Shown here in pieces: positions 12,384-24,485 of a DNA stretch of 52,104 nt. The notes under the pieces are model-generated. The model searched no databases, was not told where the DNA came from, and saw nothing but the letters and a program-made list of their open reading frames with translations. The position numbers and the translations under genes were made by a program. Position 1 is the first letter of the stretch; each line of letters opens with the position of its first letter. Where the stretch lies: contig JAUCBJ010003655.1 in assembly GCA_032718475.1 (NCBI GenBank), positions 1-52,104 of the forward strand. Direction: 5' to 3'. This DNA comes from Nemertoderma westbladi. Taxonomy: Eukaryota > Animalia > Xenacoelomorpha.

Positions 12384-13561
12384 TGTTCGCGCTTTTAGAC
12401 CTTTAGCAGTTTAACCCGCCAATTTTAGGTGTCTTCTAGTTTATAAATCGACTTTAGCCTATAACAAGTATTTGTTGCATATAAAGTTACATTAGCCGAA
12501 GCCAGCCTATGCGCGACCATTGACCCACAGTTAAGGGAGACTGGATTCGGAGGCTCTGACCTTATTGCGGTGTAGACTTACTGTATTATTCGATTGCTCG
12601 TTACTATAATATCTCTGACAAATATTATTTACTTTCGGGAAATATTAACAGTTCCTTTAGGACGTGGCGCTCTAAGTATGTAAACAGAGTTATGACTTAC
12701 ACTAAACACAACGGGATGGCTAATGATTTTCGTATAAAGCGCATTCTTTAGGAAATGCTTTGTTATCTGTCACACTCATGCACACCACCGCACACTGCTG
12801 CACACTGATCTGCCGACCTTCACTAAATTTGATCATATATAAGGAGAATAGCAACTGACATATGTAGGGATTATGAAATAGCATTCAATTCACTCCAAAA
12901 CCACTATAATGTAAGTCGCAGTTGCTACAGGTAACTGGTCCCTCTTACCTTCAGTATATCAAGAAGATTGGGGTTTTATGATTATTTATCGATATTCTCC
13001 AAATATAACAACATATCCACCAACTTATAACAATTAATAACCGACAGTAAACAGATATGTATGGTTCGTGTGTACTGGGTACTGAGTCTGCGTAACTTGA
13101 TAACAGTTATACGTTCCTATAATCAAAGCCGTCAAATGTTTGGCTAAAGTCTGAAACTAAGAATAATTCCAAAGCCGAGGTTCTGGGGCTCAGGAAAAGG
13201 TAAACAAAGAATGTCATGCATTGTGCGATTTCCCGTAGGCTTCTGTACAAATAAACTGAAAATCGCTCTGATTGGTCGAGTGAGCCGAACAAAGAAAGTT
13301 AAGAAAGCTCCACATCGACATCAAATCAGCTGATAGATTTCGTCATCTGAATTACACTGTGTTAAGAGTATTTGGCGTATTGCGGCATAAAATGGCTTGT
13401 TATGTCCGCTAAAGTACACATACAGAAAAAATTGCTTTTTATGTCCGCTAAAACACCTACACAGTACTTTGCGGGAAAAATGGCTTGTTATGTCCGCTAA
13501 AACAACTAAACAGTTCATTGCGGAGAAAAAATGACTGGTTATATCCGCTAAAGCCTTTACA
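12384..13561 (-). repeat. 3' LTR (1178 bp)
   Basis: Direct repeat of 26007-27123; preceded on the minus strand by purine-rich gggagcgg (PPT-like). Confidence 0.95.
13390..13555. repeat. Four ~24-bp repeats (aatggcttgttatgtccgctaaa) in LTR U3; also present at ~26950-27115
   Basis: Direct reading; position at the start of the minus-strand LTR fits U3 enhancer repeats. Confidence 0.7.
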
Positions 13562-13587
13562 CCGCTCCCAGAAAATGGGATTTAATT

Positions 13588-16500
13588 CTATAAAATATAA
13601 AAAATCACAGTTTCTAAAATATAAAAATACTCTAAACAGTTAGTTTTTCTTGCGCGGACGGTGTTTATGCAGCTTTTTGAGGCTAGCAAGAGTCCTTTTC
13701 TCTTTGGGGCGAGCCACTTTACTAGGAGGGCTATAACTCCTGGGTGAAGGGTGCAATACAATGCATCGGAAGGTTTAGGATTACGGTCGGTGTATCCGCC
13801 GGTCGAGGTACCCGGTTGATCGATATCAACCTCAGTGGAGCGAGGTCGAACGGCCTTTTGAGCGCGTTTCAGGACAGCAGCTCTTACTGGTCCCTGACGA
13901 GTCGTCTGAACGAAAGCGGTGGGTGGACCATGGGTAGTGAGAAACTTCCTCGGTTTAATGGTTCTTTCTAACTCGCGTTCTCGGGCTCGATATTCGTAGG
14001 GCCGTCGATGCACTTCCTGTAACTCTGGATGCGAGTTGATGAACAAATCGCCATATTCCGGATCTTGACGAATGAAGTTGATCAAGTTATAGGAATTAAG
14101 ATCGTTAGGGTTAATGTTCCTGAGATATTTACGAACAAATTTGGTTGAAATACACTCGCCAACACGCTTCATTAGTTCGTAACTCGGTGTGCGTGATTTT
14201 TGTTCAACAGACGCGAATAGATAAGGGTGGAACGCATAAACTCCTTCGTAGGCGCGTCCAGGGTAATAGCGATGGCGTGACTCACAATGTAAATCCGCGT
14301 TCGCTTCCCAGGCTCGGATGTAGCGTAGGGTAATCATTTCATCTACGCTTTCCAGATCGCGGTTAAAAGGGCAATCAAAACTGGCATGTCCTTTAAATTG
14401 ACAATGATGGCATTGAGTCATAAATTGGGGACAGACTGTGAAAATGTGCAAGTTATTGAGTCTGCAATACGCACATTAGATCTCCATCGCCGGTTGTTCA
14501 TGAAATAGGAGCAGGGTACGTCTGAGTCCATGGGGGTGAGATGGTCTCTCGATGCGCATAATCAGCAACGTTTTCGAGAAACATAGTTGGCATGCCGATA
14601 ATCGTATGCGGTGAGACATTGTGGACCTTGATACCATTCCAAGACGTAGTCGTTGTCGCTGCTCCGGGGCGCTGTAGGCTGAATCTCCTCGGATTCTAAG
14701 CATATTGGTTCGTCTTCCAATTGCATAGCTGAGGTAGGTGTGGCTGTCTCCTCAAGCGAACCCACTGTCTGAACTTCCACGATAGAATAACCCGTGGGTA
14801 TTCGAGGTCTTTGTATAACAGAGGAATGTAAGTTCTGTATACAAATGTCCTTGAAAATGGCGAATCCAGCGCTGTCTAACTTCTCAGCAGCTGAGTCTCT
14901 TAGGCTGAGCTTGGTCAGAGCGTGGTCCTTGAACTGACTATCAACGTTACGGAATGGAGTCAGAAAGCGCCTGAAACATTCGAAACGTATGAATTTATTG
15001 TGTTCATCTAGCTTGGCGAGTTTGGTTCCAAGTATTAAGGGATGGGCGCATATAGTACGACTGCACATATCGGCTAGCCAACCGGCAAGTGCGGCGTTTT
15101 CAAAGATCATGTATATAGCCAAGGAGGGACGAAGTGGAACACTCATGAAGCTATACACGACGCCAGGTGTGGTCAATTGTCCGTCAAAGTATAATCGAGA
15201 ATAATGATCTCCATATACTTGTTGATAGTTGATAGGGTTTCTGACTTTGAAATTCCATCCGTATTCTTGAAAGGCAAGATGTCCGATGGAGGTTTGTTGT
15301 ACTTTAGTGATGCCGCTGGGCGTATTGGCATACATAGTGCGGAAGAAACCTCGGCCTTCTGCCCAGGGAGCAATCAGCTGAGTATCTACGAAAGGATATG
15401 GGATATTCTCCATGTTCCTAAAGTCGTTTTGGAGATCTCCATAAACAGCTGAGCCGATTTTAAGGATTCTTTCGTTAAACAACATCTCGAGCATGGGCTG
15501 GGGTAACATCGATCCATCGATACCCATGGCCGGTTTGCGCTCGGTGTCAGTGACGTAACGCTGCGCGAGTTCGAATTATCCATGTCGGAGTTTCTTTTGT
15601 ATCTCGGTGAGAGTCTCAAAAGAATAATCAATCATGTCGGAACACGCTCAAGTAAATACGTGGGTAGTACCAGCTAGTCCTCATATATGTATCATGCGTG
15701 TAGTTCCCAGTTCTCCAACCGGAACGCTACCTTCGTTATCGTAAGTGACAACTCCATACATCTCGATAACGTTAAGAGTTTCGTTCCACTCTTTAGTGGC
15801 GTTTTCTAGGGTCATTCCCACTGGATGCCACAAGGTGGCGCATTCGCTAGCGTTAGGTAGATCCCTATACTTCAAATACTGTGTAGTATATGTTTCTATA
15901 TCTCCATATCGTTGTATTCTCTCCTCCTCGAATAACATGTCGAGATTCCAGTGGACTAATCGAGTTTTGATAAATCCATCGAGATTATACGGAGGTATTA
16001 TATCCTTCTCTATTCTGGAAACATTGTAGGGTTTTCGGAATGAGTTTACTTTCACTAACTGATCCAGATGTTTCTGCAGTTGTTCGAGTTCGACAAGATC
16101 GAGGGGATTTATTAGTGGTAGAAACCTTAGATTATGTGTAGGATCTTCCGGTTTTACCATGTAATATTGAGTTAGATTGACATAATAAGGGTGATCTTTG
16201 ATCCCATAAAACGAGTTCAGTAAAGGTCTAGCGCATATGTTGACCTCGTGTACCATACGACGGACAAGATTCGCTCGATTGTCCGGAGGTTCAACGAGTA
16301 TACCGTCGACACGAGCGGTCTCGATTGGCGGACATTGCAACATAGGGGCGTCAGCGATAAGATCTCGAGATCTTAGGTTGATATCAACCGGTTGTGGTTG
16401 TACCGTGGCAAAGAGTTTGTCTCTGAAATGGGGAACCATCGAGGGATGAATGATGGTTTTGGAATAGAGATCAGTCATAAGGATTTGAGCTTCTGGCTGG

Positions 16501-17891
16501 GCTAAAGCTGCTTCTTCTCTCTCATCCATTTCGATGTGTTTCTCCTCGAGCTGATTTTCCTCCGCTTGTTGTTGTAAACGTTCGTCTAAGAACTCTTGTA
16601 GAGAATAGGTTCGTCCAAGTTCGATGTCCTCCTCGAGATTCTGGATTTCTCGATCGAACTGGGGTAAGGCCAATTCCTTCACCGCTTGGACTTGTTGCTG
16701 CAATTTGCGTTTCTCTAAACAATCGTAAGTTCCTTTTCCGATCTTCTGCCGAATAGCGTCTAATGTGTTTCGTACAACGCTCTCCTCAACTTCGGTGACG
16801 GGTTGTATCGGGGTTAAACCGGGACGATTGTACGGGTTGAACGGCGATATTAGATGCCCGCATCCCAATCCGGCTAGGTAGGATGGGCGAATGTCTATCG
16901 AGCCCACTACCGGAGTGCCACCGATTAATTGTTCGGGTAACACAAGATCTTTGAATAGTGAGTACAGTTCAGGGGGATCCGTTATACTATTAGGATCAAG
17001 CGTTTGAGGTCTCACTAAGGAATGAGGAGGTCTGACCGAGTATTCCGGAACTCTGATCATGGGTTTATTTAAGGATCGTTTGAGTCGAGCGAGCGTAGGT
17101 GATACGTCGCACAAGTTTCGCTCGAAACTCCCATAAGTATAACGAGGAAAACTGTGTTTAGCGCAACGTCTCCGCGGATGTTTATGTCTTTCCATTTGCT
17201 GGTTGGGTCTAGGGCATTCATCGCAGTAATACCAAAGACGCACGTCCTGCAGGGGAAACACAGGTGATCGTTCTCCAGTTTTACAATATTCCTCCATCTG
17301 TTCGAAGCTATCTGGGACGACAGGTAGCGGTCGATCGGCGGTAAGATACATTATAGTGAAATAGAGCCGTTTGAGTTCTATCATGGGGTCATGATGTATA
17401 CCTTGAGGATATCGAGTTTCTAGATTCTGTTGACTGGCAATATTGAGATATGTTTCTCTCAATAATTCCAGATAATCGTTGAAGTCGCTGCATTTATCCA
17501 GCTCTTCAACGTCTTCTCTTTCGAGTCGGTTTCGAATAGAATTCTCGTGTTCTATTCTCGGTTTATCGTTCCGACTCTGCTGGGTATGATATTTAAATAA
17601 AACCATTTCCCTTTCGGTGTCTACATCGTCCGTATCGTGTAAATCGATAGGATGGCCAGTAGTTAAGAAGTCCATATACGTACCATTACGATGCGTGTAG
17701 CGAGCGGTGAATTTTCTATAGTCCAATTCACGCGTGAGTTGCTCCTGGGACATTGGCGGTTCGATATAACGACCATCGTCCTCCGTAGTAGTTGGACCAG
17801 CGTCGCCGCGTATTAAGCTATCAACAAACGCTTGCAACGGTAGAGTATATCGCTCCCTGATACCAAGATCATCTTCTATCAACTCAGTCAT
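13588..17891 (-). pseudogene. Retrotransposon cargo ORF (~1430 codons): coiled coil + DEDDy/WRN-RNase D-like 3'-5' exonuclease + three zinc knuckles; four in-frame stops and one frameshift
   Basis: ORFs 15681-17891 and 14562-15527 share a frame (stops at 15681, 15648, 15576, 14562); frameshift near 14480. Motifs VVTYDNEG, LPQPMLEMLFNERILKIGSAVYGD, FVDTQ, SIGHLA..YG, PL...AIYMIFE; knuckles C*LCASRDH..C, CAYC..H..C, CHHCQFKGHASFDC. Confidence 0.7.
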
Positions 17892-18711
17892 AGCTGCTAT
17901 ATGAGTTTATCAATATTATAATTAGTTATAATTAGGATAGTGGGCGTCGCTGCCTACCCCTCACGGCCCCCGGACAGTGCAAGATCCTCAGCGCAATGTA
18001 CCGTCGTCGCTGTGTTTTTCGCCAACGTAGTAGCTATACAACGACAACGATAACCAGCGCGAGTCACTCCACTGTCCATCCCAAGGGCTTAGATTTACTT
18101 CAGGTTCTTACTGCTGAGGTAGGGCTACTTTCACAACTGCGACTAGCTACTGTAAACACACTTTAGTAGTATCATTCACCTATAAACGCACAAATTCCAC
18201 ACAACTGTCACAAATTGTACACATTCGGGCCATTTGTCCGTTAGTCAAGTGCCTTCCAGAATGCCACGTTATTATTATGTATCCTTGGATACTAGCAGTG
18301 TGCTATTTATTCTTTATGCTATTCAATGGGGCAAGCTTTCTATTGTTCTTTTAACTCGCTTCTAATTCTAGCGTGGTTGTTGCTATGGTGACATTATGGA
18401 AAGCTAGCAGTAGAATTAGGGTAATTCCCATGCATACAGATCTGGGATGCTATTTAATAGTAATTCTTTAATTGTCAATATCCCCTTTATACATGATTTT
18501 ATGAATTTTTATCGGCTATTGACTATATATTGGAGATTCTTGCACACTAATATACTTAATAGGGTGAATCTCCGCTCCCATGATCTATTAATTAATGGAA
18601 TTTTGGGAATGTTATAAATTGTATAAAAATGACAATTTATCAAATTCATTAAAAGAGATGAATTTAAATTTATTCCCGTAAATTTTATTATTTAATGTTG
18701 GAATAAGCACA

Positions 18712-19072
18712 ATTTTATTCCAGAGCATGTCTGGGAACTGTGATCCTTGATTCTAGGAAATTTGTCCTTTTAAGAGTATCGGTAAGTGCTACGATATCTT
18801 AATCGACTAGAATTTTAAAGGATCTAAAATTTAACAGATTTTAATTTATAGATTTTCTAGAGTTAACTTGTAAGTATTTACTCTATTGTATTTGTTTGAC
18901 AGATTTTATAAATATTAATAGTTAATATTTAAGATGGGCACCGGTTTATTCCAGAACATGTCTGGGGACGTTAACCATTGATTCTAGAATTTTGTCTTTC
19001 AAGTATATCAGTGGGTGCCGCGATATCTTAATCGACTAGAATTACAGATGGTCAAAGGGTTTAACAGATTGA
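18712..19072. repeat. Diverged ~130-bp direct repeat in the pol-cargo spacer
   Basis: ttattccagagcatgtctggga...atcttaatcgactagaatt at ~18715 and again at ~18945. Confidence 0.7.
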
Positions 19073-19596
19073 TTTTGCGTTTTACGCTACTGTTAAAGGG
19101 ACATCACGCTACTATATGTATTATTTAATATACGGTATGAGAGCAATATTGCAAGAAGCAATGTCAGTGAGAAGAGGCAAGTCGTTTCCAAGGTCTACCC
19201 AGAGCTTGGTTTAGTCGAGACACGAGGATCTGAACTTTGCATTCCTAATACTCTACTTACCAATAATACTTGAGTATAGTAGGAGCTTTATTGTACTTTA
19301 ATAAGTACGGATATTTCATCTTACTGTAGTCACGTATTTATAATATGATACGGACAGTAAGGAAAGAGAAAAAGAATTATTTCTCGCCGTCGCACTAAAT
19401 ATATATAATATAAGTAATTAAGTAATAAGACTAATATATATTGCACTAATCTACTAGATAATCGCTAAAATAACATTCTACTAAATAAAATTAAAGAAAA
19501 CGATTATAATAAAATTACATAATAATATATACATAAATATAAAAATAATAAAAACAAATATAAAATAATATAGTCACACACCCACTCCAGACGCTG

Positions 19597-20880
19597 TTAC
19601 GTTGGGGAGTCCCTAGATGTTTGTTGGATTAGGGAGGTGGTCGTGGGAAGAGTATCTTGCCTTCCATAGTTTCCAGACAGTTCTCGGTCTCTTTCCAGTA
19701 AACATAAATGACCAACTGGGCGATTGAGTTGTTGTGTTTCGAATACAATTCCAGGTTTATAGTGACGATAGAAACATCGCTTCAAATACACGACGGCCTT
19801 ACAAAGCCGATTCCAGGAGCTATAGTGGTTTATCGGTCCCTGCAGGAGAGGTGACAGTCCCTGCGAGACGTCTGGTGTTCCAGATTTCCAGTCTCTTTCT
19901 CTGATTTCCACAACAGAGTTATTTGTGGCGGGGGAGTTTAGACCCACAGCGTCGTCCCCTGAAATGTGTAGTACAGACAGATCAATTGCGGGTTTAAATA
20001 ACTTTGATTTACTCGTCCGGGTTTTAGGTTTGACTTTCTCCGCTCCCTTGGCTTGTCTAATCTCAGCCATGGTGAGATGAGGAGGCCATTCATCCTCTTC
20101 TTTACTTAGGAAGTCGGGTCCACCTAACCAGTCTGGAGTATCTATCAGTTCTTGAGGAGTTGCTCCTCTGGAAGCGATGTCGGCTAGATTAATCGTCCCA
20201 AGGCAATGTCTCCATTGATCTACATTAGAGTTAATATCATCATTATCTGAGGAGTATGGTGTTCTCTCAGTTGTGGTTGTCTCTCCCTCACTGATGTCTT
20301 CTTCCCATTCACTCACTTGATGGACCTGATCTTTGGGTAGCCTTTCCATGAGTGTCCTACGGGAAGGTCCAGTGAAGTACCAACCTACTCTTGTTCTTCC
20401 CGCATAGGTTTGCAATGGTTGCAGTCGAGCAGGCCGTTTCTCTAATGTCTCAAGCGCCTCATGCACATTTTGGCCGATGAGTATCTGTACCCCTGGGTAG
20501 TCAGTGTTGAATCTAGGTATGTCATGCTGCTGGGTGAAATCGTCTTCATCCCAGTTATAAGGTTCCACTTGGTTGGTAGCGAAGTTCTTTATCGCCACCA
20601 TTTTTACTGACCTTATACTGTGTTCTCCTAGTTCATCCTGGGGGGTGGACAACGCGCCTACATAGTAGTCTGTAGCTACTGTAGATTTCCAAACCTGCAT
20701 AATTCCTGAAAGGTTCAACTTAGTTCGGAACTTGGGTTGTCCAGCAAATATGTCTTCGGCTAGTTCTTTGTCAATGAATGTTCCTGTGCTGCCAGAGTCA
20801 AGGAGGGCATTCACTATATAGCTCCTTTTTAACCCGTGGACTCTCAACTGCACTACGGGAAATGATGTTTCGCGCCGCAC
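19597..20880 (-). pseudogene. pol: pol remnant: aspartic protease fused by deletions to the RNase H C-terminal end and integrase C-terminal tail
   Basis: ALLDSGSTGTFI...ILIG (protease); QWRHCLGTINLADIASRG..WLGGPDFL; YSSWNRL; RPVGHLCLL; no RT YVDD motif or integrase DDE core. Confidence 0.8.
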
Positions 20881-23800
20881 TTAGCACACCTTGCGTCGGA
20901 GTAACAGGTTCGCCGTTGGTGTCCTTGTCTGAGACAATTATAACACAACCGCTTATCCCACATGACTTCGCGTCTATCTTTTAGGGATTTCTATAAGAAT
21001 TCCTCACACACACTTAAATGGTGGGGCCCGTCGCACAATGCACATTTTGGTTTGATGTTACTTACTTTACCTTGGGTAGTGTTGTGCACACTCGTTCTTT
21101 CCTCGGGCTTTCTTCCATGAACTCTCTTAGGAGACGTAGGAGGAGTTTTTGTTACCTGTTCTCTCCTGTCACTGGTTCGAGACTTAAATTTACTTACATC
21201 TTTAGGTGCTTTGTTGACATAGTAAGATCTTTCGGTGTCTTTCCCGCTGTTCTCCTCTTGAGAGGTTTGGCTTTCTCCGTCATCTGTATAACAGACTGGG
21301 GTGACCTTTCTCCTAGAAACGGGTTTTTCAATTACCTTATTTTCCGGTGTCTTCTCTCGGGACTGCTTTAGGAGCTGTAATCTTACCTCTCCATTTAAGA
21401 ATGACATGAGATCAGCCATGGTAGGGTCTCTTTGTTGCTGGTCCATCATATAGAGCACTTTCTTGTCCCAGCGAGTACCTACTCCACCCTTTGGCAAAGT
21501 AGATGCTATGGCTCCAATAACCATGGAACTCTGATATTCATGAGACTTACCTAACCAATCTAATTGTCTACAGATCTCCTGAATCTCATCGGAAAACTCT
21601 ATAATCCCGCTGCTAAGGAACTTTCGGGGTGCTACCAATTTTGCATACAAATACCTAGCTATATTTGTCCTATTACCATACCTGATGTTTAGTGTATCCC
21701 AAACTTGTCTTAATCCATCTGGATGTCCAATAAACTTTAACGCCATTAACTTGGGAGGTCCTTCCAAACACTCGATGAGGAATCTTAGTTTCTCTCCATT
21801 AGATAGTACAGAGTTCTGTATGTTATCTTTGTAATATTCATTAAAAGGTAACCATTCCATCTCATCTCCATTGAACTTGACGATCTCTCCCACTTTTACC
21901 GCTTGATGGGCTTCGGTTCTGGCCATTTGACGCATAAAACTTTCTTGGGCCATCTTGTTATTTAATATCGAGTTATCGGTATATAAATTTCTCGGATTAT
22001 GATCAGGTCTATATGAAATATCATTGTCAACAGGTTTATAATTACCCTTAATAGGGTTTACTATAGGAGTTTCTACTTCACTAGCAGTATAGATGCGTGC
22101 AGGCTCCACACCTTGCGCATGAAATACTTCAGACCTAACAGGTTGACACATTGTTACAGGGGGTGGTGGTATACCCCTTTGTATATTTACTAATTTATCG
22201 CGTTCTAACGCGATACTCTGCTGCACTTCTTGCAACTCTAACCTACTTTCCCTTACTGTTCCCTTGAACTGTTGAACAGTCTCCTGCATCTACCCGAGCA
22301 GGAGATCCATCCCCCGCCGTCCCTCATCCACCCACTCGACCGCCGAAGCGGGAGCCGCCAACATAGTAGCGGGTAGACGAGGGACAACGGGTGATAAATC
22401 GTTGATGTCTCGCTCGGCGTCCAGGACAGGAATTGTCTCAGGGGCTGTTCTACTGGGCACAGGTAGTTTAGTGCTGTGCAAAGGGAATTTAGAGTTGGGT
22501 TCTGGAAGTACAGGGGTCTCTATCACAGAGGGGGTGGCTTCGAGAACAGGCCTAATTATTTCAGGCTCATCTACTATAGTAGGGAGTCTTTTTACTCTAA
22601 TAATTTGGTCTGTGGGTTCTGTACTACCTAAGTCTGTGCTAGCTAGTTGCCTTCTCACAGCTGGGGGCAAATTAGGCAATTTCTGACGGTGGGGCGTTCT
22701 TCTACGCCTGCTGGGACGACATCTATTTCCTCCGCCTTCAGGATCTGTTGTATCGCCTTCATCAGATGATGTAAATCCCTGTCTCTTGGGAGTAGATCGA
22801 CTTATCATCTGCCACTGACTAGCTGTTCTCTGTTTATCTATGTAGTCTTGCTTCTCTTGAAGATTTTCCAACTCTAGTTGGGTTGTCTCTTCAGACGCCC
22901 TCCGTTCTGCTGTCTTTCTGTCTTCTATTCGTTTTTTCTTTAACTGTTCTTCTTGGACCCTAGCGATGCGGATGCTTTCATCAAATTTAGCTTGGTTCGC
23001 GGCTAACATTTCCGCATCTAATGAGTCCAACACAAACTTGGCTCCTTCACTAGTAGGGCGAAGTCCTGCAAGCCGTCTCCTCAACTCTTTATCACCTATA
23101 AATCATTGATAGTCTGACAGATAGATGTCAATAGCGTCCTTCTTCTGAGGTTTCTCCAATGTCGCTTTGCTTTCCACTTGAGAAAAGGTAGCGTCTTTTG
23201 ATTCTCCGTGTGTTAAGCGCTCAGTTATCTGAATTTTCCATTGGGTAGTCCCTTGGACTTTAAGACTCACCCGTTGGAACCAGGTCTTTACGGAAACTTG
23301 CAACGATGTGTCTTGGCTTCTTTTCGAGGCTTCCTCAAAGGCCGAAAGGATTAGTCTAATTCTTAGGATTCGTTCTCGAACTTGATAAAGCAGCTCTCCC
23401 TGCTCTTGAGGTCCTTGGGGTTGTTGAAACAGTTGTTCCTCTAATCGCTCCAAAGAGCTGAAGAATCCCTGTACATATCCTGCTGTCGACCTCTTCCACA
23501 CAGCTGGATCTCTTGTGTCCTTTGTCACTCCCATCCTGTGTATGTCCTCCCAGGCAGCTTCCGATAAGTTAAACGGGAGTCCGGGTCCGGGGAAGTTCCA
23601 TTGCGTCTCGACAATAGACTTCAGTTCCTCCCTTGTGTATCCCGCATAACTGTCCTTGGTCGATCGCTTACTTCTCGCCCAATCGATTTGGTGTTCCTCC
23701 ACCGCAATCAATACTCGAGTGAGTACGGCTTCAGGAAGAATGAGAAGTGGATCCGAATAAACTGCTTCTGCTATCTTTGCTCCGCGCTCGGGTGTCAACT

Positions 23801-24092
23801 CTACAGTATCTGAACTACTGGAGCTATTGGGCCGCTGAGAAATAAGTTCTCGGCTCGGGTGTTGCTGTTGTTTAACAGCTGCCTCTTGGTCCCGCTTGAC
23901 TTGAGCCCGAGTGCCTATGATAGACCTACGGTACTTTACTAGCCTAGGGTCGGATACTACTACTGGAGGGATGACCTTTCTTACAGTAGGAGGGGACTTG
24001 AACTTTGGTCTCAAACGTTCTGCACTCCTATCTGGATCGCAGACTGTTGTTTCTAGGAGACTATCTGACAGATTTTGCTTTGTGTCAGCCAT
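20860..24092 (-). pseudogene. gag: BEL/Pao gag, one reading frame broken by three in-frame stops
   Basis: ORFs 23103-24092, 22290-23084 and 20991-22289 share a frame; KFNGDEMEWLPF...EKLRFLIECLEG; CALCDGPHHLSVC, CYNCLRQGHQRRTC, CAKCGAKHH. Confidence 0.85.
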
Positions 24093-24227
24093 GTTTGTTT
24101 GTACAGTTGAATGTCTACTACTATAACTACAGTTAAAGCAAGTCTAGTAATTCAGTATCAACTATAAGCCTAGTAATTAATTACCGATACCGTTACTCAG
24201 TGTAACGTGTTATATACAATATATTAG

Positions 24228-24485
24228 AATACCGGTATACACTTATAGTATACAGTATAATATAAGTATTATTACAGACTAGAATTAATCACAGAATACC
24301 GTTATATAATTTAAGCATAAATATTAAAATATATAATAAGCCTATCGTGAATACCGGTATGCAGCATATACCTATAGTGTATATAAGTATAATTATAGAC
24401 TAGAATTAATTACAGAATACCGGTATATAATTTCAGTATAAATTTATATAAATAAATATAATAAGCCTACTATAAATACCGGTAA
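24228..24485. repeat. Two ~125-bp tandem repeats in the long 5' leader of the LTR element
   Basis: ataccggtat...agactagaattaat...taataagccta repeated. Confidence 0.7.

Noticed and set aside
13107-13518. Small ORFs duplicated at 26669-27080
   Set aside because: They lie inside the LTRs, so the duplication is explained by LTR identity
13588-17891. env gene
   Set aside because: No signal peptide or transmembrane anchor seen; exonuclease and zinc-knuckle motifs instead
14562-24092. Alternative genetic code or programmed readthrough explaining the in-frame stops
   Set aside because: All three stop types occur, along with frameshifts and deletions; decay is simpler
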